A DNA stretch of 64,000 nt, taken from NCBI RefSeq assembly GCF_054482595.1, contig NZ_CM137008.1; one strand, 5' to 3'. Made by a program: the position numbers and the translations under genes. Positions 23,601 through 32,500 of the stretch are shown here, piece by piece. The notes beneath the pieces were generated by a model. That model saw only the letters and a list, made by a program, of their open reading frames with translations. It did not search any database and was not told the DNA's origin. Within the stretch, counting starts at the first letter, position 1. Every line of letters starts with the position of its first letter.

Positions 23601-24210
23601 CGGCTGAGACGGATGCTAATGCCTGATATAAATTTGTAAAAGAGATAATTGTTGCTTTTGGAAATGATTGATGAATTACCTCGTCAGGGGGATAATTTGC
23701 TACTCGAGCAATATTTACTGGTTTTGATGAGGTAAGCGGTCGCATTGAATCGTGAAGGGTGGTGACCAGCGCCGGAAAGGTAATTATCAGTGGTTTGGTT
23801 GCAGCAATGTCATCATTAAGAGGCGGCGAAGCAACTAAATGTGATAACACTATATCGACTTCACCTTCTTCCAGCGCGTCCATTGCTTTTTGATGATCGG
23901 CGTATTCCCGGAGTGTTAATTTGATATTTAACGCTCTTTTTAAAAGATTTAAATAATCAGCATTAATACCACGCACCCGTTGCTGCGAATCGGTATGCAA
24001 CAACGTAGCCGTTTGGGACTTGTGTACTGCAATCACAAGATTTTTTTTGCTCGCTAACCAACGTAATTCCTTGTTGCTCAGACGTAGTGGATCAAGTGTG
24101 ACACGGTTGTTACTACTGATGCCACGATATTCGATGTAATCTTCGTCTGCGAAACTTATGGTCGACCAAAGACCACAACAGAGAAGAAAAATATAGGGTA
24201 AAAACTTCAT
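20617..24210 (-). CDS. evgS: Hybrid sensor histidine kinase EvgS (periplasmic domains, HisKA/HATPase, receiver, HPt)
   Basis: 1197 aa ORF; H-box (SHEIRTPI), receiver (LIADDHPTNR) and C-terminal HPt region; recognised EvgS. Confidence 0.9.
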   Translation of the reverse strand: MKFLPYIFLLCCGLWSTISFADEDYIEYRGISSNNRVTLDPLRLSNKELRWLASKKNLVIAVHKSQTATLLHTDSQQRVRGINADYLNLLKRALNIKLTLREYADHQKAMDALEEGEVDIVLSHLVASPPLNDDIAATKPLIITFPALVTTLHDSMRPLTSSKPVNIARVANYPPDEVIHQSFPKATIISFTNLYQALASVSAGQNDYFIGSNIITSSMISRYFTHSLNVVKYYNSPRQYNFFLTRKESVVLNEVLNRFVDALTNEVRYEVSQNWLDTGNLAFLNKPLELTEHEKQWIKQHPDLKVLENPYSPPYSMTDENGSVRGVMGDILNIITLQTGLNFSPITVSHNIHAGTQLNPGGWDILPGAIYSEDRENNVLFAEAFITTPYVFVMQKAPDSEQTLKKGMKVAIPYYYELHSQLKEMYPEVEWIKVDNASAAFHKVKEGELDALVATQLNSRYMIDHYYPNELYHFLIPGVPNASLSFAFPRGEPELKDIINKALNAIPPSEVLRLTEKWIKMPNVTIDTWDLYSEQFYIVTTLSVLLVGSSLLWGFYLLRSVRRRKVIQGDLENQISFRKALSDSLPNPTYVVNWQGNVISHNSAFEHYFTADYYKNAMLPLENSESPFKDVFSNAHEVTAETKENRTIYTQVFEIDNGIEKRCINHWHTLCNLPASDHAVYICGWQDITETRDLIHALEVERNKAINATVAKSQFLATMSHEIRTPISSIMGFLELLSGSGLSKEQRVEAISLAYATGQSLLGLIGEILDVDKIESGNYQLQPQWVDIPTLVQNTCHSFGAIAASKSIALSCSSTFPEHYLVKIDPQAFKQVLSNLLSNALKFTTEGAVKITTSLVHIDDNHAVIKMTIMDSGSGLSQEEQQQLFKRYSQTSAGRQQTGSGLGLMICKELIKNMQGDLSLESHPGIGTTFTITIPVEIIQQVATVEAKAEQPITLPEKLSILIADDHPTNRLLLKRQLNLLGYDVDEATDGVQALHKVSMQHYDLLITDVNMPNMDGFELTRKLREQNSSLPIWGLTANAQANEREKGLNCGMNLCLFKPLTLDVLKTHLSQLHQVAHIAPQYRHLDIEALKNNTANDLQLMQEILMTFQHETHKDLPAAFHALEAGDNRTFHQCIHRIHGAANILNLQKLINISHQLEITPVSDDSKPEILQLLNSVKEHIAELDQEIAVFCQQND

Positions 24211-24214
24211 GTGG

Positions 24215-24829
24215 TTAGCCGATTTTGTTACGTTGTGCGAATGTGTAAAGATCCATCAGTGATTTACATTCTAATTTTTCCATCAGGCGACTTTTATAAG
24301 TGCTGACAGTTTTGTTGCTGATGAACATTTTTTCAGCAATGTCATTATTATCCTTGCCATCAAGAATATAGCGCATGACACTAATTTCTTGTTTCGATAA
24401 GGAGTCGAGTTTTTGCTGGTCGGACGTTAAACTTCCAACAAACCGGTTGAGAGAGAAGGGGAAATAGCAGTAGCCATTTTTTGCAGCTTCAATAGCCGCA
24501 ATGATATTGTTCATGCCTTCTTTTTTACTCACGAAACCATTAGCGCCAGCATCAGCACAATGTTTCCCGTAAAAATGGTCATTTTTAGCGGAGACGATAA
24601 TAATAATTCCGCTATATTGGCGCTTCCTCAGCGTTTCTAACACCTGGATACCGTTAACTCCGGGGATATCGACATCAATGATGACGATATCAGGCTTAAG
24701 TGTTTCCACCCGCTGAACGGCACTTCCGCCTTCAGTCAACTCTGCTAAGATTTCAATATCGTTTTTGATCAATAAATTACGAATTGCTGCGATAGCAAGA
24801 GGATGGTCATCAATAATTATTGCGTTCAT
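24215..24829 (-). CDS. evgA: Response regulator EvgA (LuxR/FixJ family)
   Basis: 204 aa ORF; receiver domain plus C-terminal LuxR-type HTH; directly upstream of evgS. Confidence 0.9.
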   Translation of the reverse strand: MNAIIIDDHPLAIAAIRNLLIKNDIEILAELTEGGSAVQRVETLKPDIVIIDVDIPGVNGIQVLETLRKRQYSGIIIIVSAKNDHFYGKHCADAGANGFVSKKEGMNNIIAAIEAAKNGYCYFPFSLNRFVGSLTSDQQKLDSLSKQEISVMRYILDGKDNNDIAEKMFISNKTVSTYKSRLMEKLECKSLMDLYTFAQRNKIG

Positions 24830-25053
24830 AGATTATTCCCTTTGCAATGAAGCATCTCCCTTCTCCCTGTAGTAATACAGACATAAGGCATCATCTCATT
24901 TTCTCAATAAAAATAAGAAAATTTGAGCTTCCTTTAAGATAATTCGACAAGTATACCATATAAATAGTCGGCATATATGAAATGTCAACAATAAAATCAG
25001 GGATTGTACCGATGATTTATAGTTTCACATTAGCACTATAAGTCTTCTCACTA

Positions 25054-25071
25054 ATCCTACAGGCGTAAGAA
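25054..25071. promoter_or_regulatory. Candidate EvgA box in the evgA-emrK divergent region
   Basis: ATCCTACA-GG-CGTAAGAA, 16/18 match to TTCYTACA-N2-TGTARGAA, between divergent evgA and emrK. Confidence 0.5.
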
Positions 25072-25244
25072 TTGTATTGCAAAAGCCACGGTTTAGTCCT
25101 CTGTTGTTTTTTTTGCACCTCATTTAAATTAGGCCTCCAACGTTCCTGGGATAATGTGCAACACATGCACTGTGTTTGATATGAAGAATGAATACTCTTT
25201 TCATTCAATTCATAAATTTCATCTATGCGAAATGAGAGATAAAA

Positions 25245-26408
25245 GTGGAACAGATTAATTCAAATAAAAAACATTCTAACAGAAGAAAATACTTTTCTTT
25301 ATTGGCGGTAGTTTTATTTATTGCGTTTTCAGGTGCCTATGCCTATTGGTCAATGGAATTAGAAGACATGATTAGTACAGATGACGCCTATGTCACGGGG
25401 AATGCAGATCCAATTTCTGCACAAGTCTCAGGTAGTGTCACTGTCGTTAATCATAAAGATACGAACTACGTTCGACAAGGTGACATTTTAGTTTCACTGG
25501 ATAAAACTGATGCCACTATCGCACTCAATAAAGCTAAAAATAATCTGGCAAATATTGTTCGGCAAACGAATAAACTGTACTTACAGGATAAACAATACAG
25601 TGCCGAAGTCGCTTCAGCACGTATTCAGTATCAACAATCTTTAGAAGATTATAACCGTCGTGTGCCTTTAGCGAAGCAGGGGGTTATTTCAAAAGAAACG
25701 CTGGAGCATACCAAAGATACGTTAATAAGTAGCAAAGCGGCATTGAATGCCGCTATCCAGGCTTATAAAGCGAATAAAGCTTTAGTAATGAACACACCAT
25801 TAAACCGTCAGCCACAAGTCGTGGAAGCGGCGGATGCAACCAAAGAAGCCTGGTTGGCGCTTAAACGTACGGATATTAAGAGTCCGGTTACCGGCTATAT
25901 TGCCCAGAGAAGTGTTCAGGTCGGCGAAACAGTGAGCCCCGGACAATCGTTAATGGCTGTCGTACCGGCACGTCAAATGTGGGTTAATGCCAACTTTAAA
26001 GAAACACAACTCACGGATGTACGGATTGGTCAATCGGTCAATATTATCAGCGATCTTTATGGTGAAAATGTTGTGTTTCATGGTCGGGTGACAGGGATCA
26101 ATATGGGAACCGGCAATGCGTTCTCCTTATTACCTGCACAAAATGCGACAGGGAACTGGATCAAAATCGTTCAGCGTGTACCGGTTGAAGTTTCTCTTGA
26201 TCCAAAAGAACTCATGGAACACCCCTTGCGCATTGGTTTATCGATGACTGCAACTATTGATACGAAGGACGAAGACATTGCTGAGATGCCTGATCTGGCT
26301 TCAACCGTGACCTCCATGCCTGCTTATACCAGTAAGGCTTTAGTTATCGATACCAGTCCGATAGAAAAAGAAATTAGCAACATTATTTCGCATAATGGAC
26401 AACTTTAA
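25245..26408 (+). CDS. emrK: Multidrug efflux membrane fusion protein (EmrA paralogue)
   Basis: 387 aa ORF, HlyD-family; exact start uncertain (several in-frame Met); overlaps emrY start (TAATG). Confidence 0.85.
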   Translation: MEQINSNKKHSNRRKYFSLLAVVLFIAFSGAYAYWSMELEDMISTDDAYVTGNADPISAQVSGSVTVVNHKDTNYVRQGDILVSLDKTDATIALNKAKNNLANIVRQTNKLYLQDKQYSAEVASARIQYQQSLEDYNRRVPLAKQGVISKETLEHTKDTLISSKAALNAAIQAYKANKALVMNTPLNRQPQVVEAADATKEAWLALKRTDIKSPVTGYIAQRSVQVGETVSPGQSLMAVVPARQMWVNANFKETQLTDVRIGQSVNIISDLYGENVVFHGRVTGINMGTGNAFSLLPAQNATGNWIKIVQRVPVEVSLDPKELMEHPLRIGLSMTATIDTKDEDIAEMPDLASTVTSMPAYTSKALVIDTSPIEKEISNIISHNGQL

Positions 26409-27946
26409 TGGCAATCACTAAATCAACTCCGGCACCATTAACCGGTGGGACGTTATGGTGCGTCACTATTGCATTGTCATTAGCGACGTTTATGCAAATG
26501 TTGGATTCCACTATTTCTAACGTCGCAATACCGACAATATCTGGCTTTCTGGGAGCGTCAACAGACGAAGGCACCTGGGTTATCACCTCGTTTGGCGTAG
26601 CAAATGCCATTGCGATCCCTGTTACCGGCAGGCTGGCACAAAGAATAGGCGAATTAAGGTTATTTTTACTTTCAGTCACTTTTTTTTCGCTGTCTTCCTT
26701 AATGTGTAGTTTATCGACCAATCTTGATGTTCTGATATTTTTTAGAGTCGTTCAGGGGTTAATGGCGGGGCCGTTAATTCCACTGTCACAGAGTTTATTA
26801 TTAAGGAATTATCCACCAGAAAAAAGGACATTTGCTCTGGCATTATGGTCAATGACCGTGATTATCGCTCCGATATGTGGGCCGATATTGGGCGGCTATA
26901 TTTGTGATAACTTTAGCTGGGGTTGGATATTTTTAATCAATGTCCCTATGGGGATTATCGTCCTGACATTATGCTTAACCTTACTTAAAGGAAGAGAAAC
27001 TGAGACTTCACCGGTCAAAATGAATCTACCAGGACTGACCCTGTTAGTGCTCGGTGTTGGTGGCTTGCAAATTATGCTTGATAAAGGGCGCGATCTGGAT
27101 TGGTTCAACTCGAGTACAATAATAATATTAACAGTAGTATCAGTTATTTCTCTGATCTCTTTAGTTATTTGGGAGTCGACCTCAGAGAACCCGATTCTTG
27201 ATCTCAGTTTGTTTAAGTCCCGTAATTTCACCATTGGTATAGTGAGTATCACATGCGCGTATTTATTTTACTCTGGAGCGATCGTCCTTATGCCGCAGTT
27301 ACTCCAGGAAACGATGGGGTATAATGCGATATGGGCCGGACTTGCTTATGCGCCCATCGGCATCATGCCACTATTAATTTCACCTTTGATAGGACGTTAT
27401 GGCAACAAAATAGACATGCGGTTGTTAGTGACATTTAGTTTTTTGATGTATGCGGTTTGCTATTACTGGCGTTCTGTGACATTTATGCCAACGATTGATT
27501 TTACAGGCATCATTTTGCCACAGTTTTTCCAGGGATTCGCCGTTGCCTGTTTCTTTTTACCCTTAACAACGATTTCGTTTTCAGGGTTGCCAGATAATAA
27601 ATTTGCCAATGCCTCGAGTATGAGTAATTTTTTTCGTACCTTGTCAGGATCAGTTGGTACGTCGTTGACAATGACGCTGTGGGGACGACGCGAATCGTTA
27701 CACCATAGTCAGTTGACAGCAACCATCGATCAATTTAACCCCGTGTTTAATTCATCGTCACAAATTATGGATAAATACTATGGTTCGCTTTCAGGAGTTC
27801 TTAATGAAATTAATAATGAAATAACCCAGCAGTCACTTTCTATTTCTGCAAATGAGATTTTCCGTATGGCGGCTATTGCTTTTATCTTACTTACGGTTTT
27901 GGTGTGGTTTGCGAAACCGCCGTTTACAGCGAAAGGCGTTGGGTGA
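26408..27946 (+). CDS. emrY: MFS multidrug efflux pump (EmrB paralogue)
   Basis: 512 aa ORF with the multi-helix layout expected of a 14-TMS MFS exporter; recognised EmrY. Confidence 0.9.
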   Translation: MAITKSTPAPLTGGTLWCVTIALSLATFMQMLDSTISNVAIPTISGFLGASTDEGTWVITSFGVANAIAIPVTGRLAQRIGELRLFLLSVTFFSLSSLMCSLSTNLDVLIFFRVVQGLMAGPLIPLSQSLLLRNYPPEKRTFALALWSMTVIIAPICGPILGGYICDNFSWGWIFLINVPMGIIVLTLCLTLLKGRETETSPVKMNLPGLTLLVLGVGGLQIMLDKGRDLDWFNSSTIIILTVVSVISLISLVIWESTSENPILDLSLFKSRNFTIGIVSITCAYLFYSGAIVLMPQLLQETMGYNAIWAGLAYAPIGIMPLLISPLIGRYGNKIDMRLLVTFSFLMYAVCYYWRSVTFMPTIDFTGIILPQFFQGFAVACFFLPLTTISFSGLPDNKFANASSMSNFFRTLSGSVGTSLTMTLWGRRESLHHSQLTATIDQFNPVFNSSSQIMDKYYGSLSGVLNEINNEITQQSLSISANEIFRMAAIAFILLTVLVWFAKPPFTAKGVG

Positions 27947-28053
27947 TGGTAAAAGCAGGGGGTTATAGCGGGTAAGACCGGGGATCTTAAGTCTGCGCCA
28001 TCGGCAGCATCGCTCACCCAGGGAAAGGATTGCGATGCTGCGTTGAAACGTTA

Positions 28054-29382
28054 TTAACGGCCTTTTGCCAGATATTGATTCATCTCTTCTTCCGGCACCA
28101 TTCCACCTCCCGTCGCCCACACCAGATGAGTGGTATTACGCAGTTGTTCTGCGCTGAAACCGTGCATCTGTTGGTAACTTACTGATGCACACACGCGCTG
28201 AGGTCCGGTCATACCCGCCAGTGCCGAAGGTTCAAGACGAATACCTTCTTCCTGCGCCAGCCAGCCAAGCATGTCATACATGGTTTGATCGCTAAGGGTA
28301 TAGAAGCCATCCAGCAGACGCTCCATTGCCCGCCCGACAAAGCCTGATGCGCGACCAACTGCAAGGCCATCCGCTGCGGTAAGGTTGTCGATACCAATAT
28401 CCTGAACAGAAATCTGATCGTGTAATCCTGTATGGATGCCTAACAGCATACAAGGGGAGTGCGTTGGTTCGGCAAAAAAGCAGTGAACATGATCGCCAAA
28501 CGCCAGTTTAAGTCCGAATGCGACGCCACCAGGACCACCGCCAACACCACACGGCAGATAGACAAACAGAGGGTTATCAGCATCGACGATACGGCCTTGC
28601 TGGGCAAATTGCGCTTTAAGACGCTGGCCAGCGACGGAATACCCAAGGAACAACGTGCGGGAATTTTCGTCATCAATAAAGAAACAGTTCGGGTCAGACT
28701 GCGCTGCTTTACGTCCTTCCTCGACGGCAACACCATAATCTTGCTCATATTCCACGACCGTAACGCCATGGCTGCGCAGTTTCGCTTTTTTCCATGCCCG
28801 GGCATCAGCAGACATATGCACTGTCACCTTAAAGCCAATGCGGGCGCTCATAATGCCGATTGATAACCCCAGATTTCCGGTTGAGCCCACAGCAATGCTG
28901 TATTGGCTAAAGAACTGTTTAAACTCCGGAGAAAGCAGTTTGCTGTAGTCATCATCAAGCGTCAGCAACCCCGCTTCCAGAGCCAGTTTTTCTGCGTGTG
29001 CCAGAACTTCATAAATCCCGCCGCGTGCTTTTATGGAGCCGGAAATGGGCAAATGGCTATCTTTTTTCAGTAACAGTTGCCCGCTGATCGGTTGTTGATA
29101 TTCCTTTTCCAGCCGTTTTTGCATAGCCGGAATGGCAACCAGTTCTGATTCAATAATCCCCCCAGTAGCAGCAGTTTCAGGAAATGCTTTTGCCAGATAG
29201 GGTGCAAAACGGGATAAGCGCGCATGGGCGTCCTGAACATCCTGTTCGGTCAGGCCAACATAAGGTAAACCTTCAGCCAATGAGGTCGTGCCAGGATTAA
29301 ACCAGGTGGTTTCTTTAAGAGCAACCAGATCCTTTACCAACGGATACTGGGCGATGAGCGAGTTCATTTTAGCGTTTTCCAT
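28054..29382 (-). CDS. dsdA: D-serine ammonia-lyase (PLP-dependent)
   Basis: 442 aa ORF with PLP-lysine motif (SGSIKARGG); recognised DsdA. Confidence 0.9.
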   Translation of the reverse strand: MENAKMNSLIAQYPLVKDLVALKETTWFNPGTTSLAEGLPYVGLTEQDVQDAHARLSRFAPYLAKAFPETAATGGIIESELVAIPAMQKRLEKEYQQPISGQLLLKKDSHLPISGSIKARGGIYEVLAHAEKLALEAGLLTLDDDYSKLLSPEFKQFFSQYSIAVGSTGNLGLSIGIMSARIGFKVTVHMSADARAWKKAKLRSHGVTVVEYEQDYGVAVEEGRKAAQSDPNCFFIDDENSRTLFLGYSVAGQRLKAQFAQQGRIVDADNPLFVYLPCGVGGGPGGVAFGLKLAFGDHVHCFFAEPTHSPCMLLGIHTGLHDQISVQDIGIDNLTAADGLAVGRASGFVGRAMERLLDGFYTLSDQTMYDMLGWLAQEEGIRLEPSALAGMTGPQRVCASVSYQQMHGFSAEQLRNTTHLVWATGGGMVPEEEMNQYLAKGR

Positions 29383-29399
29383 AGTACGTCTCTTTGCGC

Positions 29400-29630
29400 T
29401 TAGATGATAAATGACAGCAGGAATGTGCCCGCCAGAGCGACGACTGAAGCGATAAATGTCGCTGTCGTATAGTATTTAAATGTTTCATTGAGCGTAGCGC
29501 CGCAATATTGCTTCACCAGCCAGAAAAGCGAGTCCGTAACGATCGTGCAGCCAATTGCGCCTGAACCGATAGCAATCGCAATAATTTCCGGGCTGATGTC
29601 GGGATACAGCGGCAGCACAATGATCCATAT
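29400..29630 (-). pseudogene. dsdX: 3' remnant of dsdX (D-serine permease, GntP family)
   Basis: Only about 72 C-terminal codons (…[27 protein letters not shown]) remain; in-frame stop immediately upstream of 29630; the rest of dsdX and all of dsdC are absent. Confidence 0.7.
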
Positions 29631-29848
29631 TTATATTTTCTTCTCCAGGTTGGCGATGCCAGTTGGCATGTTTTTCTTACTTGCCTATATGGTTACTCGT
29701 TGGCGAGAACAGAGGCGGAATTGGGGACAATTGGCCGGGAATTATTGTTATTTTTTATTGTATTGCCGTGTCAGGTGATAGGGCGTTGGATCTCGCCAGT
29801 GACGTCTGTTTCTGCTACAGTGCCCGTTTTACGACAAACGGCTTGGGT

Positions 29849-30844
29849 ATGGCTTCATTAAAGGATGTCGCACGCCTGGCGGGAGTGTCGATGATGACAG
29901 TCTCCCGGGTGATGCATAATGCAGAATCTGTGCGTCCTGCAACGCGTGACCGCGTATTGCAGGCAATCCAGACCCTGAATTATGTTCCTGATCTTTCCGC
30001 CCGTAAGATGCGCGCTCAAGGACGTAAGCCGTCGACTCTCGCCGTGCTGGCGCAGGACACTGCTACCACTCCTTTCTCTGTTGATATTCTGCTTGCCATT
30101 GAGCAAACCGCCAGCGAGTTCGGCTGGAATAGTTTTTTAATCAATATTTTTTCTGAAGATGACGCTGCCCGCGCGGCACGTCAGCTGCTTGCTCACCGTC
30201 CGGATGGCATTATCTATACTACAATGGGGCTGCGACATATCACGCTGCCTGAGTCTCTGTATGGTGAAAATATTGTATTGGCGAACTGTGTGGCGGATGA
30301 CCCAGCGTTACCCAGTTATATCCCTGATGATTACACTGCACAATATGAATCAACACAGCATTTGCTCGCGGCGGGCTATCGTCAACCGTTATGCTTCTGG
30401 CTACCGGAAAGTGCGTTGGCAACAGGGTATCGTCGGCAGGGATTTGAGCAGGCCTGGCGTGATGCTGGACGAGATCTGGCTGAGGTGAAACAATTTCACA
30501 TGGCAACAGGTGATGATCACTACACCGATCTCGCAAGTTTACTCAATGACCACTTCAAATCGGGCAAACCAGATTTTGATGTTCTGATATGTGGTAACGA
30601 TCGCGCAGCCTTTGTGGCTTATCAGGTTCTCCTGGCGAAGGGGGTACGTATCCCGCAGGATGTCGCCGTAATGGGCTTTGATAATCTGGTTGGCGTCGGG
30701 CATCTGTTTTTACCGCCGCTGACCACAATTCAGCTTCCACATGACATTATCGGGCGGGAAGCTGCATTGCATATTATTGAAGGTCGTGAAGGGGGAAGTG
30801 TGACGCGGATCCCTTGCCCGCTGTTGATCCGTTGTTCCACCTGA
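29849..30844 (+). CDS. cscR: Sucrose operon repressor (LacI/GalR family)
   Basis: ORF 29663..30844; N-terminal HTH begins at MASLKDVARLAGVSMMTVSRV (29849), giving 331 aa. Confidence 0.85.
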   Translation: MASLKDVARLAGVSMMTVSRVMHNAESVRPATRDRVLQAIQTLNYVPDLSARKMRAQGRKPSTLAVLAQDTATTPFSVDILLAIEQTASEFGWNSFLINIFSEDDAARAARQLLAHRPDGIIYTTMGLRHITLPESLYGENIVLANCVADDPALPSYIPDDYTAQYESTQHLLAAGYRQPLCFWLPESALATGYRRQGFEQAWRDAGRDLAEVKQFHMATGDDHYTDLASLLNDHFKSGKPDFDVLICGNDRAAFVAYQVLLAKGVRIPQDVAVMGFDNLVGVGHLFLPPLTTIQLPHDIIGREAALHIIEGREGGSVTRIPCPLLIRCST

Positions 30845-30851
30845 TATTATG

Positions 30852-32285
30852 CTAACCCAGTTGCCAGAGTGCTCCATGTTGCACCACAGCCACTCCGTGG
30901 GAGGCATAAAGCGACAGTTCCCGTTCTTCTGGCTGCGGATAGATTCGACTACTCATCACCGCTTCCCCGTCGTTAATAAATACTTCCACGGATGATGTAT
31001 CGATAAATATCCTTAGGGCGAGCGTCTCACCCTGCGGGAGGAGAATACTACGGTAGCCGTCTAAATTCTCGTGTGGGTAATACCGCCACAAAACAAGTCG
31101 CTCAGATTGGTTATCAATATACAGCCGCATTCCAGTGCCGAGCTGTAATCCGTAATGTTCGGCATCACTGTTCTTCAGCGCCCACTGCAACTGAATCTCA
31201 ACTGCTTGCGCGTTTTCCTGCAAAACATATTTATTGCTGATTGTGCGGGGAGAGATAGATTGATGCTGCTGGCGTAACGACTCAGCTTCGTGTACCGGGC
31301 GTTGTAGGAGTTTGCCATTGCTCTCTGATAGCTCACGCGCCAGCGTCATGCAGCCTGCCCAGCCTTCACGTTTTGAGGGCATTGGCGATTCCCACATATC
31401 CATCCAGCCGATAACAATACGCCGACCATCCTTCGCTAAAAAGCTTTGTGGTGCATAAAAGTCATGCCCGTTATCAAGTTCAGTAAAATGCCCGGATTGT
31501 GCAAAAAGTCGTCCTGGCGACCACATTCCGGGTATTACGCCACTTTGAAAGCGATTTCGATAACTGTATCCCTCGGCATTCATTCCCTGCGGGGAAAACA
31601 TCAGATAATGCTGATCGCCAAGGCTGAAAAAGTCCGGACATTCCCACATATAGCTTTCACCCGCATCAGCGTGGGCCAGTACGCGATCGAAAGTCCATTC
31701 ACGTAATGAACTGCCGCGATAAAGCAGGATCTGCCCCGTGTTGCCTGGGTCTTTCGCCCCGACTACCATCCACCATGAGTCGGCTTCACGCCACACTTTA
31801 GGATCGCGGAAGTGCATGATTCCTTCTGGTGGAGTGAGGATCACACCCTGTTTCTCGAAATGAATACCATCCCGACTGGTAGCCAGACATTGTACTTCGC
31901 GAATTGCATCGTCATTACCTGCACCATCGAGCCAGACGTGTCCGGTGTAGATAAGTGAGAGGACACCATTGTCATCGACAGCACTACCTGAAAAACACCC
32001 GTCTTTGTCATTCTCGTCTCCTGGCGCTAGCGCAATAGGCTCATGCTGCCAGTGGATCATATCGTCGCTGGTAGCATGTCCCCAGTGCATTGGCCCCCAG
32101 TGTTCGCTCATCGGGTGATGTTGATAAAACGCGTGATAACGATCGTTAAACCAGATCAGGCCGTTTGGATCGTTCATCCACCCGGCAGGAGGCGCGAGGT
32201 GAAAATGGGGATAGAAAGTGTTACCCCGGTGCTCATGAAGTTTTGCTAGTGCGTTTTGCGCTGCATGCAATCGAGATTGCGTCAT
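30852..32285 (-). CDS. cscA: Sucrose-6-phosphate hydrolase / invertase (GH32)
   Basis: GH32 motifs (WMNDPNG, FRDPKV, WECPD); ORF extends to 32294, start taken at MTQSRLHAAQ. Confidence 0.85.
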   Translation of the reverse strand: MTQSRLHAAQNALAKLHEHRGNTFYPHFHLAPPAGWMNDPNGLIWFNDRYHAFYQHHPMSEHWGPMHWGHATSDDMIHWQHEPIALAPGDENDKDGCFSGSAVDDNGVLSLIYTGHVWLDGAGNDDAIREVQCLATSRDGIHFEKQGVILTPPEGIMHFRDPKVWREADSWWMVVGAKDPGNTGQILLYRGSSLREWTFDRVLAHADAGESYMWECPDFFSLGDQHYLMFSPQGMNAEGYSYRNRFQSGVIPGMWSPGRLFAQSGHFTELDNGHDFYAPQSFLAKDGRRIVIGWMDMWESPMPSKREGWAGCMTLARELSESNGKLLQRPVHEAESLRQQHQSISPRTISNKYVLQENAQAVEIQLQWALKNSDAEHYGLQLGTGMRLYIDNQSERLVLWRYYPHENLDGYRSILLPQGETLALRIFIDTSSVEVFINDGEAVMSSRIYPQPEERELSLYASHGVAVVQHGALWQLG

Positions 32286-32319
32286 TTTAATCATCCTGGT
32301 TAAGCAAATTTGGTGAATT

Positions 32320-32331
32320 GTTAACGTTAAC
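32320..32331. promoter_or_regulatory. Candidate CscR operator (perfect palindrome GTTAACGTTAAC), copy 1
   Basis: 12 bp perfect palindrome in the cscA/cscK divergent promoter; identical copy 64 bp downstream. Confidence 0.5.
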
Positions 32332-32364
32332 TTTTATAAAAATAAAGTCCCTTACTTTCATAAA

Positions 32365-32380
32365 TGCGATGAATATCACA
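32365..32380. promoter_or_regulatory. CRP-like site in the csc divergent promoter
   Basis: TGCGA-tgaata-TCACA resembles the TGTGA-N6-TCACA consensus with one mismatch. Confidence 0.35.
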
Positions 32381-32383
32381 AAT

Positions 32384-32395
32384 GTTAACGTTAAC
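32384..32395. promoter_or_regulatory. Candidate CscR operator (perfect palindrome GTTAACGTTAAC), copy 2
   Basis: Identical 12 bp palindrome; central CG as in many LacI-family operators. Confidence 0.5.
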
Positions 32396-32500
32396 TATGA
32401 CATTTTGTGATCGAATATGCATGTTTTAGTAAATCCATGACGATTTTGCGAAAAAGAGGTTTATCACTATGCGTAAGTCAGATGAATTTAAGGGAAAAAA

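Noticed and set aside
25017-25208. 63-codon minus-strand ORF in the evgA-emrK intergenic region
   Set aside because: It lies in the divergent promoter region, has no ribosome-binding site that I could see, and overlaps the candidate EvgA box; more likely regulatory DNA.
29663-29848. 62-codon N-terminal extension of the cscR ORF
   Set aside because: The LacI-type helix-turn-helix begins at the internal Met (MASLKDVARLAGVS), and the upstream codons read as non-coding junction sequence.
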